Below are positions 38,970 to 48,327 of a stretch of 64,000 nucleotides of DNA, piece by piece. The notes below the pieces were generated by a model. That model had not been told where the DNA came from and did not search any database. It saw nothing but the letters and a program-made list of their open reading frames with translations. This DNA is from Candidatus Hydrogenedentota bacterium. GTDB taxonomy: Bacteria; Hydrogenedentota; Hydrogenedentia; Hydrogenedentales; SLHB01. Each line of letters opens with the position of its first letter. Position 1 is the stretch's first letter. The DNA lies in the NCBI GenBank assembly GCA_045863295.1, contig BTWA01000006.1, forward strand, positions 96,001-160,000, read 5' to 3'. The position numbers and the translations under genes are program-made.

Positions 38970-41090
38970 GTGACTTACTTACAATGGCGACGTCGCGGCT
39001 ACGTGCGTCTGGCAATCGCCGGTTGGACGCTTTTGAGCGGACTACAGATCCAGGCTTTCTCCACTTCCATCGAATCCATTGCATTTCCGTTTGACGCGGC
39101 CACCTTTCTGATTGACGAAGATAACTTTGGGATTGTGAACGGCCGTATCAGCGCTGGGGTCAATTACAAGAGCGTAGGCGATATTCAGGGACTTTATGCG
39201 CCGCCATTTGTGAGTTCAGATTTCTTTTTACGCTTCGCCCTGAATGGTTCTCCAGTACCTACCGCCCAGGGAACATGGCTGCCGTGGGAAGTCACGCGAT
39301 TCGGGGTTGTGGACGGAGTAACTATTGAGTCCTCGACCCTGCTTTTCAGCGGCGCGGCGGCCGGAGAGATTGCCTTTCGTATGACCTCCGATTCGGATAA
39401 GACAGTGGAATTCCAGTTGGAAGCGACCGGCACTCTCGATTTGAATCAAGTATGGGAATTCGCCCGGCCGGTGAGCGAATCCCCCTCCCTGTCTCGTATG
39501 GAAGGAGACATGTTGCTGCTCGAACAAGGAAACCTCGCCATTGCGCTGGCCGTGATTGGTGCGGAAAACATTGCAGCGACTGAGGGATCGAATCTGCTCA
39601 CTGCTTCGTTGCCCCTGACAGCCGCGAGTCCAACTACCGTGCGTGTGGCATTCGCCATGGGCCGAACCAGCGATGTCGAGGAAGTGCTTGGCACCTGGAA
39701 ACAGAACCCGGAATCCATTCGTTTAGACTCGGTTGCAAGACTAGGCAACCGCGCACAGGGGCTGCTGGACCGCCTTCCCTCCCTGGAAAGTGACAATGCC
39801 GCATTAATGCGCTTGTACAACCGCTCGCTGGTGCACATGATCACCAACCGTTGGGAAGTGCCGCAGTTCGTACTGAATCCGTACTACGCCACGGGCAGCA
39901 TCAAGGGCGGATGCGTGTGCAACTACCTCTGGAACTATGGCGAGAACTGGGAGATCATGCCGCTCTTCGATCCCGAAGCGGTGAAGACGCACATCAAACA
40001 ATTTCTGAGCATCAACCTCACAGAACACTTCGCCTTCCTCCCCATCACCGGCGAAGGATTCGGACCGTGGTATATGGTCAACCAAGAGAAGATACTCGGG
40101 TCCATTTACTATTACGTCTTGCTTACTGGAGATACGGCTTTTCTCGACGAAGCGGTCGATGGAAAGACGGTCTACGACCTCGTGTTGTATCACGCGCAAG
40201 CCCGTGAAGAAGATCCCAAGTCGCCCGTCGAACTGATCGACTACGGCCCATCGAACAGTCATCTCGAACTACGGCGCGAGTACGCCTATAACCACGTGAT
40301 GCCCGATCTCAACGGCCGGCGCTATACAAACTACTGGTACGCCGCGCGCACCTGCGAATTGGCGGGACGGCCACAACCTTTTCTCATGGAACGCGCCGAG
40401 GCCCTGCGCGCCAAGCTCCACGACGAACTCTGGGATCCCGAGGCCAAGTGGTTCGCCTTTCGCAACGGCGAAGGTCAAATGGAACTGCGTTACACCATTC
40501 AACTTTTCAAACTCTTCAACAACCCCATCCTCACACCCGAGTCAGAGGCGGGACTGCTCAGTCACTTGAACGAAACGGAATTCCTGGGCGAATACGGTTT
40601 GCACAGCATGTCCAAAACCGATCCCGCCTACGACGCCGTGGACATCGACAACGGCGGTGGCGGCGCATGCACCTGCTTCCCGCCGCAAATCGCCGAGCGC
40701 CTCTACAAAGCCGGCCACCCGCAACAAGCCGACGATATCCTCCGCCGCATCCTCTGGTGGGGCGAACACCTCCCCTACTGGGGCGACTCCATCGTCGCCG
40801 ACAAAATCGACTACCGGAAGGACACGCCATTGCAGTGTACGTTCGATGGATTGACCGTTGCGCAATCCATCATCTTCGGCGTGTGTGGCGTGAACGTAAA
40901 TGATGACGGCACAGTGCGCGTCGCACCGAGGTTGCCGTCATTTTGCAACGAGTTGAGACTGAAGAATGTTCAAGTGCGCGGCCAGACGTTTGACGTAAAT
41001 ATTCAGAAGGACGAATTCAGCGTCAACGTGAACGGCGATGTAATGATGGCAAACGAAGGAACCTGGATTGACTTGCCTGCGAACCAGTAG
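38970..41090 (+). CDS. Exported (alpha/alpha)6 glycoside hydrolase (GH63/MGH1-like)
   Basis: YLWNY, ELWDPEAKWFA, EFLGEYGLHSMSKTDPAYD..DNGG. Start placed after AGGAG but uncertain. Confidence 0.72.
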   Translation: MTYLQWRRRGYVRLAIAGWTLLSGLQIQAFSTSIESIAFPFDAATFLIDEDNFGIVNGRISAGVNYKSVGDIQGLYAPPFVSSDFFLRFALNGSPVPTAQGTWLPWEVTRFGVVDGVTIESSTLLFSGAAAGEIAFRMTSDSDKTVEFQLEATGTLDLNQVWEFARPVSESPSLSRMEGDMLLLEQGNLAIALAVIGAENIAATEGSNLLTASLPLTAASPTTVRVAFAMGRTSDVEEVLGTWKQNPESIRLDSVARLGNRAQGLLDRLPSLESDNAALMRLYNRSLVHMITNRWEVPQFVLNPYYATGSIKGGCVCNYLWNYGENWEIMPLFDPEAVKTHIKQFLSINLTEHFAFLPITGEGFGPWYMVNQEKILGSIYYYVLLTGDTAFLDEAVDGKTVYDLVLYHAQAREEDPKSPVELIDYGPSNSHLELRREYAYNHVMPDLNGRRYTNYWYAARTCELAGRPQPFLMERAEALRAKLHDELWDPEAKWFAFRNGEGQMELRYTIQLFKLFNNPILTPESEAGLLSHLNETEFLGEYGLHSMSKTDPAYDAVDIDNGGGGACTCFPPQIAERLYKAGHPQQADDILRRILWWGEHLPYWGDSIVADKIDYRKDTPLQCTFDGLTVAQSIIFGVCGVNVNDDGTVRVAPRLPSFCNELRLKNVQVRGQTFDVNIQKDEFSVNVNGDVMMANEGTWIDLPANQ

Positions 41091-41808
41091 GATTCCAACA
41101 TCTGCTAAATTGCAGTCACTTCATAGCCGGAACGGCCGTCGCCTCACCGGCCCATTGGTGTTCTAGTCTGTTCGGGTTGTAAAACGCATCGGCAATTTTA
41201 GACCCAGGCACTGAGTTGATATCTAGTTCCCTGCGCTCTGCGGACTTCTGTCCCATATTCAAGAAGTAAACGACGCCCTTCTTGCCCCCAGTCCCGCCCA
41301 CGGAACTTTCCGTGAAAAAAATACCTTCGGGGCTTTCATACCAATCTTGGATAACGATACAGCGATGACCCGTTCATCGGCGATTTCTAGCGCCTGGGCC
41401 TGCCACTCGCTACAGGCCAATTCGCGCTTATAGCGCTGGCCATAGTCGTAACTCAACGTAAAAACGGGACTTTTCGCCAACTGTTTCGAGGCGTGGTGCA
41501 ACAGAACGGTAGAGTCTCCCGGTTTTACATAAACCTCGACTGAAAGGGAGTGAAGCATGGCTGATTGTTGGTCACACTTGAGTAACTCTATGACTTCATA
41601 TGCCTGATTGACGCTGGTATCCCACTTTTTGATTAATCGAAATTGACCGCCTAATAATGTGAAATACGTGACAAATAATGCGAATAACTCCCACAGGTCC
41701 AGTAGTTGGCGGGATATTCCAAAAACAGCGAGCCGTCACTTACGAAAACTGCATATAATTCCGCGTAAAAGCAAACAACTCTTTACATTCATTTCATCCA
41801 TCCTACTT

Positions 41809-41825
41809 TTGGCGCGCGACTTGCT
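41809..41825 (+). promoter_or_regulatory. sigma54 (-24/-12) promoter of the PEP-CTERM gene
   Basis: TTGGCGCGCGACTTGCT; IHF-like AAACAACTCTTTA (41773-41785); TGT-N10-ACA (41658-41673). Confidence 0.65.
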
Positions 41826-41881
41826 TGTTGATTTGGCAATCATAGGATTTGGCCGGTGTAAAACGGAAAGGCAGGCTACAC

Positions 41882-42634
41882 ATGAAAAAGCGATTGGCGC
41901 TGGCAATAACAGTCTTCGCGGCGGGGATGGTGGCATTCCCTGCAGCAGCGGATTTTATCACGTTCTCAGGCTCCGGACCTGGCGACGGAAGCAATGGACT
42001 GGCTGCTGAGGCCACATTCACCATTACGGGCAATACGCTCACGGTCTTATTGACCAATACGTCCACGGACTTCTCCGAGATTCCTTCCGAGTCCTTGACG
42101 GGCGTTTACTTCGACTTGCTCAATGGCAATAGCCTCACGGGCGTTTCGGCGATTGTCGCGGCGGGCAGCACAGTGGTGAATGGAGTGGCCGGCCCCGGCG
42201 GCGACGTGGGCGGCGAATTCGCCTATCTGGCCAACATTTCTTCGGGCTTCAACGGAGCCAGCTACGGCATAAGTAGCAGCGGCATGGACGATGTGTTCGG
42301 CCCCGGCGACCGGTTTAACAACAACGATTTGGATGGGCCGGCCTCACCGAACGGCATGAATTACGGGCTAATCTCCGCCGCCGGACTTGGGCCAAATGCC
42401 AATGCGCCCATGCTGAGCGAGCCGTTCATCCAGAATGCGGTCTTGTTCTCCTTCACTTTCTCCGGTGCGCTTTCGACAAGTGACATCGGCAATGTGAATT
42501 TCCAATACGGCACGAGCCAAAGTCAGCCGAACATCACCACCTCGGTGGTGCCAGAGCCGGCGACCATTTCGCTCATTGCACTGGGACTTGCGGGTCTGGC
42601 CATTCGACGGAACCGTCGCCGTATTGCAGCGTAA
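41882..42634 (+). CDS. PEP-CTERM surface protein (resembles the XDD4 family)
   Basis: Signal peptide AAA-D; LTVLLTNTS, VGGEFAY, YGISSSG, NVNFQYGT; tail VPEPATISLIALGLAGLAIRRNRRR. Confidence 0.92.
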   Translation: MKKRLALAITVFAAGMVAFPAAADFITFSGSGPGDGSNGLAAEATFTITGNTLTVLLTNTSTDFSEIPSESLTGVYFDLLNGNSLTGVSAIVAAGSTVVNGVAGPGGDVGGEFAYLANISSGFNGASYGISSSGMDDVFGPGDRFNNNDLDGPASPNGMNYGLISAAGLGPNANAPMLSEPFIQNAVLFSFTFSGALSTSDIGNVNFQYGTSQSQPNITTSVVPEPATISLIALGLAGLAIRRNRRRIAA

Positions 42635-42655
42635 TTGGCGTTATGTATCGCTCCC

Positions 42656-42693
42656 TGCGGGGCCGGTGTTTGCACCGGCCCCCGCATTTTTTT
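42656..42693 (+). terminator. Intrinsic terminator
   Basis: TGCGGGGCCGGTG-tttg-CACCGGCCCCCGCA followed by T7. Confidence 0.9.
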
Positions 42694-42724
42694 GTTGCGC
42701 AGGCGCGATTCACCCTAGAGGGAC

Positions 42725-42753
42725 TTGAACTCCCCCGCTTCTTATGCTATTGT
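42725..42753 (+). promoter_or_regulatory. sigma70 promoter of rpmB
   Basis: TTGAAC-N17-TATTGT with an extended TG. Confidence 0.55.
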
Positions 42754-42856
42754 ACCGCGCTGTGTTTTGCCCCATCCCCTGTGGATTGTTGGGCTTACGG
42801 CTGGTAACCAAGCAGGTTTAAGTACCCGGCGCACGGGTAGTTTTCAGGAGATTCTC

Positions 42857-43123
42857 ATGGCTTTCAAGTGTGATTACAGCGGCAAAGGCCCCAAGAGGGG
42901 CATGCGCATTGTCCGCCGCGGTAAGGCGAAACGCTCCGGCGGTATTGGCCAGAACATCACGGGCAAGACCAAGCGCCGGTGGAAGCCGAACCTACAGAAG
43001 ATCCGCGTTGTAGACGAAAACGGCCGCGTAAAGACCATTCGCGTCTGCGCCCGCTACATCAAGGCCGGTAAATTCACGAAGGCCACTGCGGGCCGCGCTC
43101 AGAGCAAGGCTGCCAAGGCCTAG
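42857..43123 (+). CDS. rpmB: 50S ribosomal protein L28
   Basis: AGGAG RBS; CDYSGK..RRGKAKRSGGIG..TKRRWKPNLQ..RVCARYIK. Confidence 0.95.
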   Translation: MAFKCDYSGKGPKRGMRIVRRGKAKRSGGIGQNITGKTKRRWKPNLQKIRVVDENGRVKTIRVCARYIKAGKFTKATAGRAQSKAAKA

Positions 43124-43141
43124 TTTTAGGTTATTACCATT

Positions 43142-43184
43142 TGTGGCGTCGTCGGAAAAACCGGCAGACGCCACATTCTTTTTT
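43142..43184 (+). terminator. Intrinsic terminator after rpmB
   Basis: TGTGGCGTC...GACGCCACA followed by TTCTTTTTT. Confidence 0.75.
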
Positions 43185-44361
43185 ACGTGGGCCCGTTCAC
43201 TTCCAAGGTTAGGTCCCTCCCAATAACGGTACGAGTATTCAACTCGAAATCGGAATAATGCTTCTCCGCGAAATAGACGGCCAGCGGCCGGACTTGGCCT
43301 GTATAGCGTATTTTTAATCGAGCCAGAGTGGTGGATGCATACAAGGTGTCCACGGATTCAACATGCCAGTCGGCCTTAATCGCGCTGGCGATCTCCTCCA
43401 CTCTTTCCGTGGTCCCCGGATTCTCAATGGTCAGAAACACCGATTCCCTGGCGTCGTCCAAAAACATACCCAGCACGACCGACCGGAGGATCGACTCAGG
43501 CAGTTTGGCGCAGGCATCCAGAACAGCTTGCCGGCATCCTTCCTCTGGAACCAGACTGTGGACCTTACCGCTTGCGGTGTGCGTATCGACAACCAATCCG
43601 TCCAACGCGCGCACTACTTTGACCGTGACCGTGACACGGTTTTCATGCACTCCCTTGCCATTGGCCAACGGCTCAGAAACGGCGTGGGCACTTCCGCAGA
43701 CAACCATGTCGGCCAGCAGGCCTCGTGCAACAAGACATAGCCTCTGAAGTTGGTCGTTGTTCTCAATGTCCAGCGGGGTGTCGCCGAAACGCCTTAGGAC
43801 CTCATCGGCGGGCGATTGATCGAAGCGACGGCCTTTCAGTTCATCCGCGAGCGTTTGTGTGAGCAGTGGCAGCGGCGCGTTATCCCATTCCGCGCAGCGT
43901 CCGCCAATCAAGACCAACTGAGCGGGTACCATCAACGCATCCAGAGCGAGGGCTGCGGCATTTTTGCGCAGCATCTCGCTGTCCACAACCGCTTCGACAT
44001 CGACGCGAGTGGATTCTTCGGTGGTTTCTTGCTTGACGATTTGATACGTGCGGACGTACGCCTCGGCATGATCGATTATGGGGGCGAAGGTCACCAGATT
44101 GCGGCTGGGCACCCAATTCTCCAGCTCTTGCGCAACTAACGCTTTGAGGGCGTTGCCCGCGGCCTCATGCCTTGCCGCCGGTCCCAGCCCGATGGCCTCG
44201 CCAGAGACAGTCACTCGTTCGATATCCGATGGGTCAGTTACCTGTGCCACGGCGGGAAGTAATGCAAGGATTACCGCGATGGGAGCGATCCGGAAGCGCC
44301 AGTGGTAGCCGGATTGGCGAACGGATCTCAGGGAAGCCGGGCAGACCTGGCTTGGACCCAT
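43183..44361 (-). CDS. Hypothetical exported protein (FlgT-N/CsgG-like architecture)
   Basis: Strong GGAGG RBS; signal-like segment; VTVSGEA..ARHEAAGNALKALV; ADMVVCGSA..VTVKVVRA.DG. Family call is tentative. Confidence 0.6.
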   Translation of the reverse strand: MGPSQVCPASLRSVRQSGYHWRFRIAPIAVILALLPAVAQVTDPSDIERVTVSGEAIGLGPAARHEAAGNALKALVAQELENWVPSRNLVTFAPIIDHAEAYVRTYQIVKQETTEESTRVDVEAVVDSEMLRKNAAALALDALMVPAQLVLIGGRCAEWDNAPLPLLTQTLADELKGRRFDQSPADEVLRRFGDTPLDIENNDQLQRLCLVARGLLADMVVCGSAHAVSEPLANGKGVHENRVTVTVKVVRALDGLVVDTHTASGKVHSLVPEEGCRQAVLDACAKLPESILRSVVLGMFLDDARESVFLTIENPGTTERVEEIASAIKADWHVESVDTLYASTTLARLKIRYTGQVRPLAVYFAEKHYSDFELNTRTVIGRDLTLEVNGPT

Positions 44362-44392
44362 TTCAACTCCCCTCCAAAATCACCGAACCAGC

Positions 44393-44429
44393 AAAAAAAT
44401 CGGGGCGGCGCTCAGGTCGCACCGCCCCG
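44393..44429 (-). terminator. Intrinsic terminator after the Zn peptidase gene
   Basis: CGGGGCGG / CCGCCCCG stem with an A7 run on the left (U-tract on minus). Confidence 0.8.
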
Positions 44430-44443
44430 GTTACACGTACCTG

Positions 44444-45163
44444 CTACTCGCGCCGCGCGGCCATAATCAAGTACAAGAGCTGGAGCACGGCACCGCACGC
44501 AGCCGCGACATAGGTCAGCGCAGCTGCATTCAGGACTTTACGGGCGCCGTGCAGCTCGTCCTGCGTCAGATACCCGCCGTCGGCCAGGGCACGCATTGCA
44601 CGCCTGCTTGCGTCAAACTCCACCGGCAGCGTGATTAATGTAAATGCGACGGCCACGGAAAACAGACCGATACCCAGGGTCAACAGAAACGGAAACTGTG
44701 CCTGGAAAAAGAAACCGCCGAGAATGAGGAACCACGAGAGATTCGACGTGATACCCACCATCGGCACGATCGCATTGCGCCACATGAGTGGAGCGTACAT
44801 ACGCGCGTGTTGAATGGCATGACCTACTTCATGCGCTGCGACGCCCAAGGCGGCAATGCTTTGGCCTGCATAGACGCCTTCCGACAGTCGCAACGTGCGA
44901 TCGCGGGGGTCATAGTGGTCGCTCAAGTGGCCCGGCACCGCCTCCAATCCCACGGCAAAACCGCGGGCGGACTTGGGGTCGTTCGAAATGGCCAAATTCG
45001 CGTCGCGTACAATGCGGGCGGCCACTTCCGCGCCGCTCAATCCGCTTCGTGTGCCGATTTGCGAATACTTCGCGTAGGCTGCCTTGACTTTGAATTGGGC
45101 GTAAAGCGAGAGAAGAAACGCCGGCAACATCCAAAGAAGTTGATCCAAGAACATTACGGGCAT
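44444..45163 (-). CDS. Membrane zinc metallopeptidase (YugP/Zn_peptidase_2 family)
   Basis: LSDHYDP..LRLS, VAAHEVGHAIQH, TLPVEFDASRRA, VLNAAALTYVAA. Confidence 0.93.
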   Translation of the reverse strand: MPVMFLDQLLWMLPAFLLSLYAQFKVKAAYAKYSQIGTRSGLSGAEVAARIVRDANLAISNDPKSARGFAVGLEAVPGHLSDHYDPRDRTLRLSEGVYAGQSIAALGVAAHEVGHAIQHARMYAPLMWRNAIVPMVGITSNLSWFLILGGFFFQAQFPFLLTLGIGLFSVAVAFTLITLPVEFDASRRAMRALADGGYLTQDELHGARKVLNAAALTYVAAACGAVLQLLYLIMAARRE

Positions 45164-45187
45164 GGCGATACTGCTTCTACTGGACGG

Positions 45188-45949
45188 TTACTGCTGTTGT
45201 TGTTGCTGTTGCTGCTGCGCCGCCTTCTGTTCCGTCCTTTGGGCAGGCGGCCGCATGGCGCACGTACCATTGAATAGTGCACCTTCCTCAATAACAATGC
45301 GCCGTGCCCGAATATTGCCTTGAAGGGAAGCCCCGGCCACCAGCCGTAGCGTACCACCCGTTGTCACATCACCAAATATCTTGCCGCCGATGACAACTTG
45401 TTTTCCGGCCATAGCTTCCGCATTCAGCCGTGCTGTGCGCCCCAGTTCCAATTCCTGGGAGCATTCCACCTTGCCTTCGACGAGCCCTTCTATTTTGCAG
45501 GAACCCGCCCGGACGTTGCCGGTCACGAGAGCACTCGCGCCCAGGTATAGACGGCCATCGACGGTCACGTCTCCTTCAATCTTACCGGCAATTTCCGTTT
45601 CCGATCCGCTCATCAGATTGCCCTGAATGATGACGCCTTCGGGCACTACCATTCGCTGCAGCTTGATTGTGCGGGCACGCCGGATCGCCAAGTCATCCGC
45701 CGTGACTTCCGGATCGTTTCCGCCTTCTTCCGCGGGCGATCGGGTGCGGCCTGTGCCCCGGCTCGATTGAATGGCATCCTGAAACGCCGCTCCCATACGG
45801 GAAAAGAGTCCGCCTTCACCGCGGCGTCCGGCCTCTGCCAATGCCTCATAGGTGTCGCCCTCTTCCACAACCGGATCCGCGGGCGGTTTGGCCTCGGGCA
45901 CGGCCGGACGGGCTTGCGTGAATTTCTTGGGTTCGGAACGATCCAACAC
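45188..45949 (-). CDS. Bactofilin (polymer-forming cytoskeletal protein) with long disordered N-terminus and poly-Gln tail
   Basis: Repeating IxGxIxGxV beta-helix units ending IEEGALFNGTCAM; ends AAQQQQQQQQQ. GTG start 2 nt after the upstream stop. Confidence 0.88.
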   Translation of the reverse strand: MLDRSEPKKFTQARPAVPEAKPPADPVVEEGDTYEALAEAGRRGEGGLFSRMGAAFQDAIQSSRGTGRTRSPAEEGGNDPEVTADDLAIRRARTIKLQRMVVPEGVIIQGNLMSGSETEIAGKIEGDVTVDGRLYLGASALVTGNVRAGSCKIEGLVEGKVECSQELELGRTARLNAEAMAGKQVVIGGKIFGDVTTGGTLRLVAGASLQGNIRARRIVIEEGALFNGTCAMRPPAQRTEQKAAQQQQQQQQQ

Positions 45950-45951
45950 GA

Positions 45952-46899
45952 TCAAAAGTACCCCAACCGGTTCGCGATATCGACGACATTCGCCGCAATC
46001 TTGTGATTTGAATGGCTCACGACAAATGGCGTGCCTGTGTTGATGGCGTCGGGCACGCATTTGTCAAAATACATGTACCCCAGGTTCTCCGGCTCGATCA
46101 TCAACTGCTGCCGGGCGAACTTGGAAAGTATGTTCACCGCGATCTGGGCCTCGTACGTATTACGTACGCGGTTGACCACGATCTTCGGCCGGATGCTCTT
46201 TGCAATGGCCAGAATCTCGCCGCAGATCTTCTTCTTCGTGAGGTCGTCGAACAGGTCCGACTCCTTCACGCAGTGGATAAATTCACGAAGGCTTTCGTTG
46301 CGTTTCAAAAGCAACGCCACTTCCGGGCTCTGGTAAAAGCGTTCGATCCGGCGGAATAGAGCCGCCCGCAGGAATTTAAACGCATTGTCGATACTGGTCT
46401 TTTCCGGAGTGATGACCAGCACGCCACTCGTATCGGACATCAGGAAAAAGTCGAGCGTATTCAAGTGCGCGCCGGCATCGAGATCCACAATGATCAGATC
46501 CGCTTCCAACTGCCGGAGTTCCCGGATCAGCGCCACCTTCTGCTGGTATTTTGGGTTCGCCACCTCGAGCAGGCCGGTCGTCCCCGGAATCATCTTCAGA
46601 TTCTCGTACTTCGTGTCGCACAGAATCCGTTGAATGTCTTTGCCGCCCCGCTGGTGGAAAAACTCATCCAGCTTGGTATCCGCCTCCACGCCTAAGACGG
46701 TTTCCACGTTTGAACAGGTTAAATCGGCATCCACCACGATGACCCGATACCCCTTGCCGGAAACCTCGACCGCGAGGTTGACGGCAAAGCAGGTCTTCCC
46801 CACCCCGCCCTTGCCACCGCCAATGACAAGTATTTCCGGGTACTTGGGTTCTAACTGCGGAGATGCGGAAACCAGGGGTGTTTCTTCAATGAGCCGCAC
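45952..46899 (-). CDS. MinD/FlhG/ParA-family ATPase
   Basis: Deviant Walker A GGGKGGVGKT; VVDADL; VDLDAG; TPEKTSIDNAFKFLR; KIVVNR. Confidence 0.9.
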   Translation of the reverse strand: MRLIEETPLVSASPQLEPKYPEILVIGGGKGGVGKTCFAVNLAVEVSGKGYRVIVVDADLTCSNVETVLGVEADTKLDEFFHQRGGKDIQRILCDTKYENLKMIPGTTGLLEVANPKYQQKVALIRELRQLEADLIIVDLDAGAHLNTLDFFLMSDTSGVLVITPEKTSIDNAFKFLRAALFRRIERFYQSPEVALLLKRNESLREFIHCVKESDLFDDLTKKKICGEILAIAKSIRPKIVVNRVRNTYEAQIAVNILSKFARQQLMIEPENLGYMYFDKCVPDAINTGTPFVVSHSNHKIAANVVDIANRLGYF

Positions 46900-47181
46900 G
46901 TAGCGTTCTCCATAAAGCCCTGCCTGGCATGACACACGAATGACTCACACTTCAGGTAAACGCTATCATACCCCACCTGCGGGAGTCAATCGATTTCCAA
47001 TCCGGAATCTCGTTTAAACTCGCACGGCAATTGGATTTGGGACGGCCAGCCAAACCCTAAAAAGGTGCGGATCGGGTAAAAGCCGACACTTCGAGCACGC
47101 CGATTGCCGTTGACGCCGTTACCTCATTCCAGATGCGCTATACTTGAGGACATTGGAGAATACCGAACCTCCGGAGGAACA

Positions 47182-47712
47182 ATGACTCCCATTGCCGGCG
47201 CAACGGTTGCCGACCGGAAAGGGCGCAACTACTGGAAATATGTACTCGGCGCCCTCGCCCTGTCCGCCGTAGGGTTCTGGTGTTTCGCCTTCTTCACGAA
47301 CATGGGCCCGTCCGCGCGCCCCGTGATCGCCTATCTTCTTTTTGCCTTGTTTGCCGTGGGAAGCGTCGGTGAAGTGCTCCGTGAAATCAGCCGTTACCAA
47401 CTTACCGAACACGGCATTGAATTGTACGCGCTGGGCTGGCGGCGCGAACGCATCCGCTGGGACCATGTGTGCGCATTGCGAACCCACAATTTCGACCGGG
47501 CCACAAATGACCATGACGTCGATGAATTGCTCGACAAACCATTGAACTATGATTCCCGCCGGGGCGTGATCCTCACGCTCCGCAATGGCCGCGAAATTAC
47601 CCTGGAAACAGAAAGCCATCTGAACGAATTCTTCACCCTGCGCTTTATCAGCATGCATTGCCCGGCCGACTGCGTCCGCAACGGAGAATTCGCCGTATTT
47701 CCAAACGCGTGA
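47182..47712 (+). CDS. Hypothetical two-TM protein with a bPH-like C-terminal domain
   Basis: GGAGG RBS; two TMs followed by YQLTEHGI..RIRWDHV. Confidence 0.7.
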   Translation: MTPIAGATVADRKGRNYWKYVLGALALSAVGFWCFAFFTNMGPSARPVIAYLLFALFAVGSVGEVLREISRYQLTEHGIELYALGWRRERIRWDHVCALRTHNFDRATNDHDVDELLDKPLNYDSRRGVILTLRNGREITLETESHLNEFFTLRFISMHCPADCVRNGEFAVFPNA

Positions 47713-47790
47713 CCGGCGCTCCGACCTTTCAATGCTAAAAGGAGTTTCCTGCCAGAGTCCGCACTGCGGACCAGGATTCGTGCGGTCCCT

Positions 47791-47960
47791 TATGGACTGC
47801 GGCGGCAGAATCCCGCTACCCAGTGGGATGCCGACGGCACTTTGGCTCGGTGGAAGCGCGGACGCGGACAACAAATGAACGGCCCTGAATTCTGAACGGT
47901 TCTCGGCTTCGAGAGCAAAAGCGGTGTCGACGGCTGTCGCCTTTGCCACCGCAATCCATA
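47791..47960. repeat. 170-bp REP/REPIN-like imperfect palindrome
   Basis: Ends TATGGACTGCGGCGGCAGA / TTTGCCACCGCAATCCATA (16/19 complementary); inner arms CGACGGCACTTTGGCT / AGCAAAAGCGGTGTCG. Confidence 0.7.
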
Positions 47961-48227
47961 GAAACCCCTCTTACTTATCTGGGACCATCTGTTGCATTTC
48001 CTTAGCGGATTGAAACAAGGGTAAATGATGGCATTACGTAGATTGCGTACTTTTTTGCAGAATGGAGTAAGTCGTCGCGATTCGCGACCAGTTCGTGTTG
48101 TGACCTTGCAGACTGTAGGTCCAAATTGGGTTCGCAACTCTCGGGTTAAAGGTTGTCTGTTTCCACTCAGCGCTATTTCTCGTAGTCAATTCGCTTCGTT
48201 GACGGCTACAACCGCTGTGGTGCGGTG

Positions 48228-48236
48228 TGCTATAAT
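48228..48236 (+). promoter_or_regulatory. Extended -10 promoter upstream of lipA
   Basis: TGcTATAAT about 90 nt before the ATG. Confidence 0.5.
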
Positions 48237-48327
48237 TTGGAGTTGGTTGGCAAATGCCAATTACCAAAGGGTTTGTGGCCTTTGCCTCATCCCCATTTTT
48301 CAATTTGACAGGATTCATTTGACTACG

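Noticed and set aside
41116..41720. Two overlapping minus-strand ORFs around an A7 run, as a possible frameshifted gene or remnant
   Set aside because: No recognisable domain or RBS. It could be a decayed foreign fragment, but I cannot support a call.
47119..48327. 276-aa minus ORF and the long N-terminal extension of lipA
   Set aside because: The first is the shadow of the 47182 gene plus the palindrome; the second runs through promoter-like DNA before the likely ATG at 48328.
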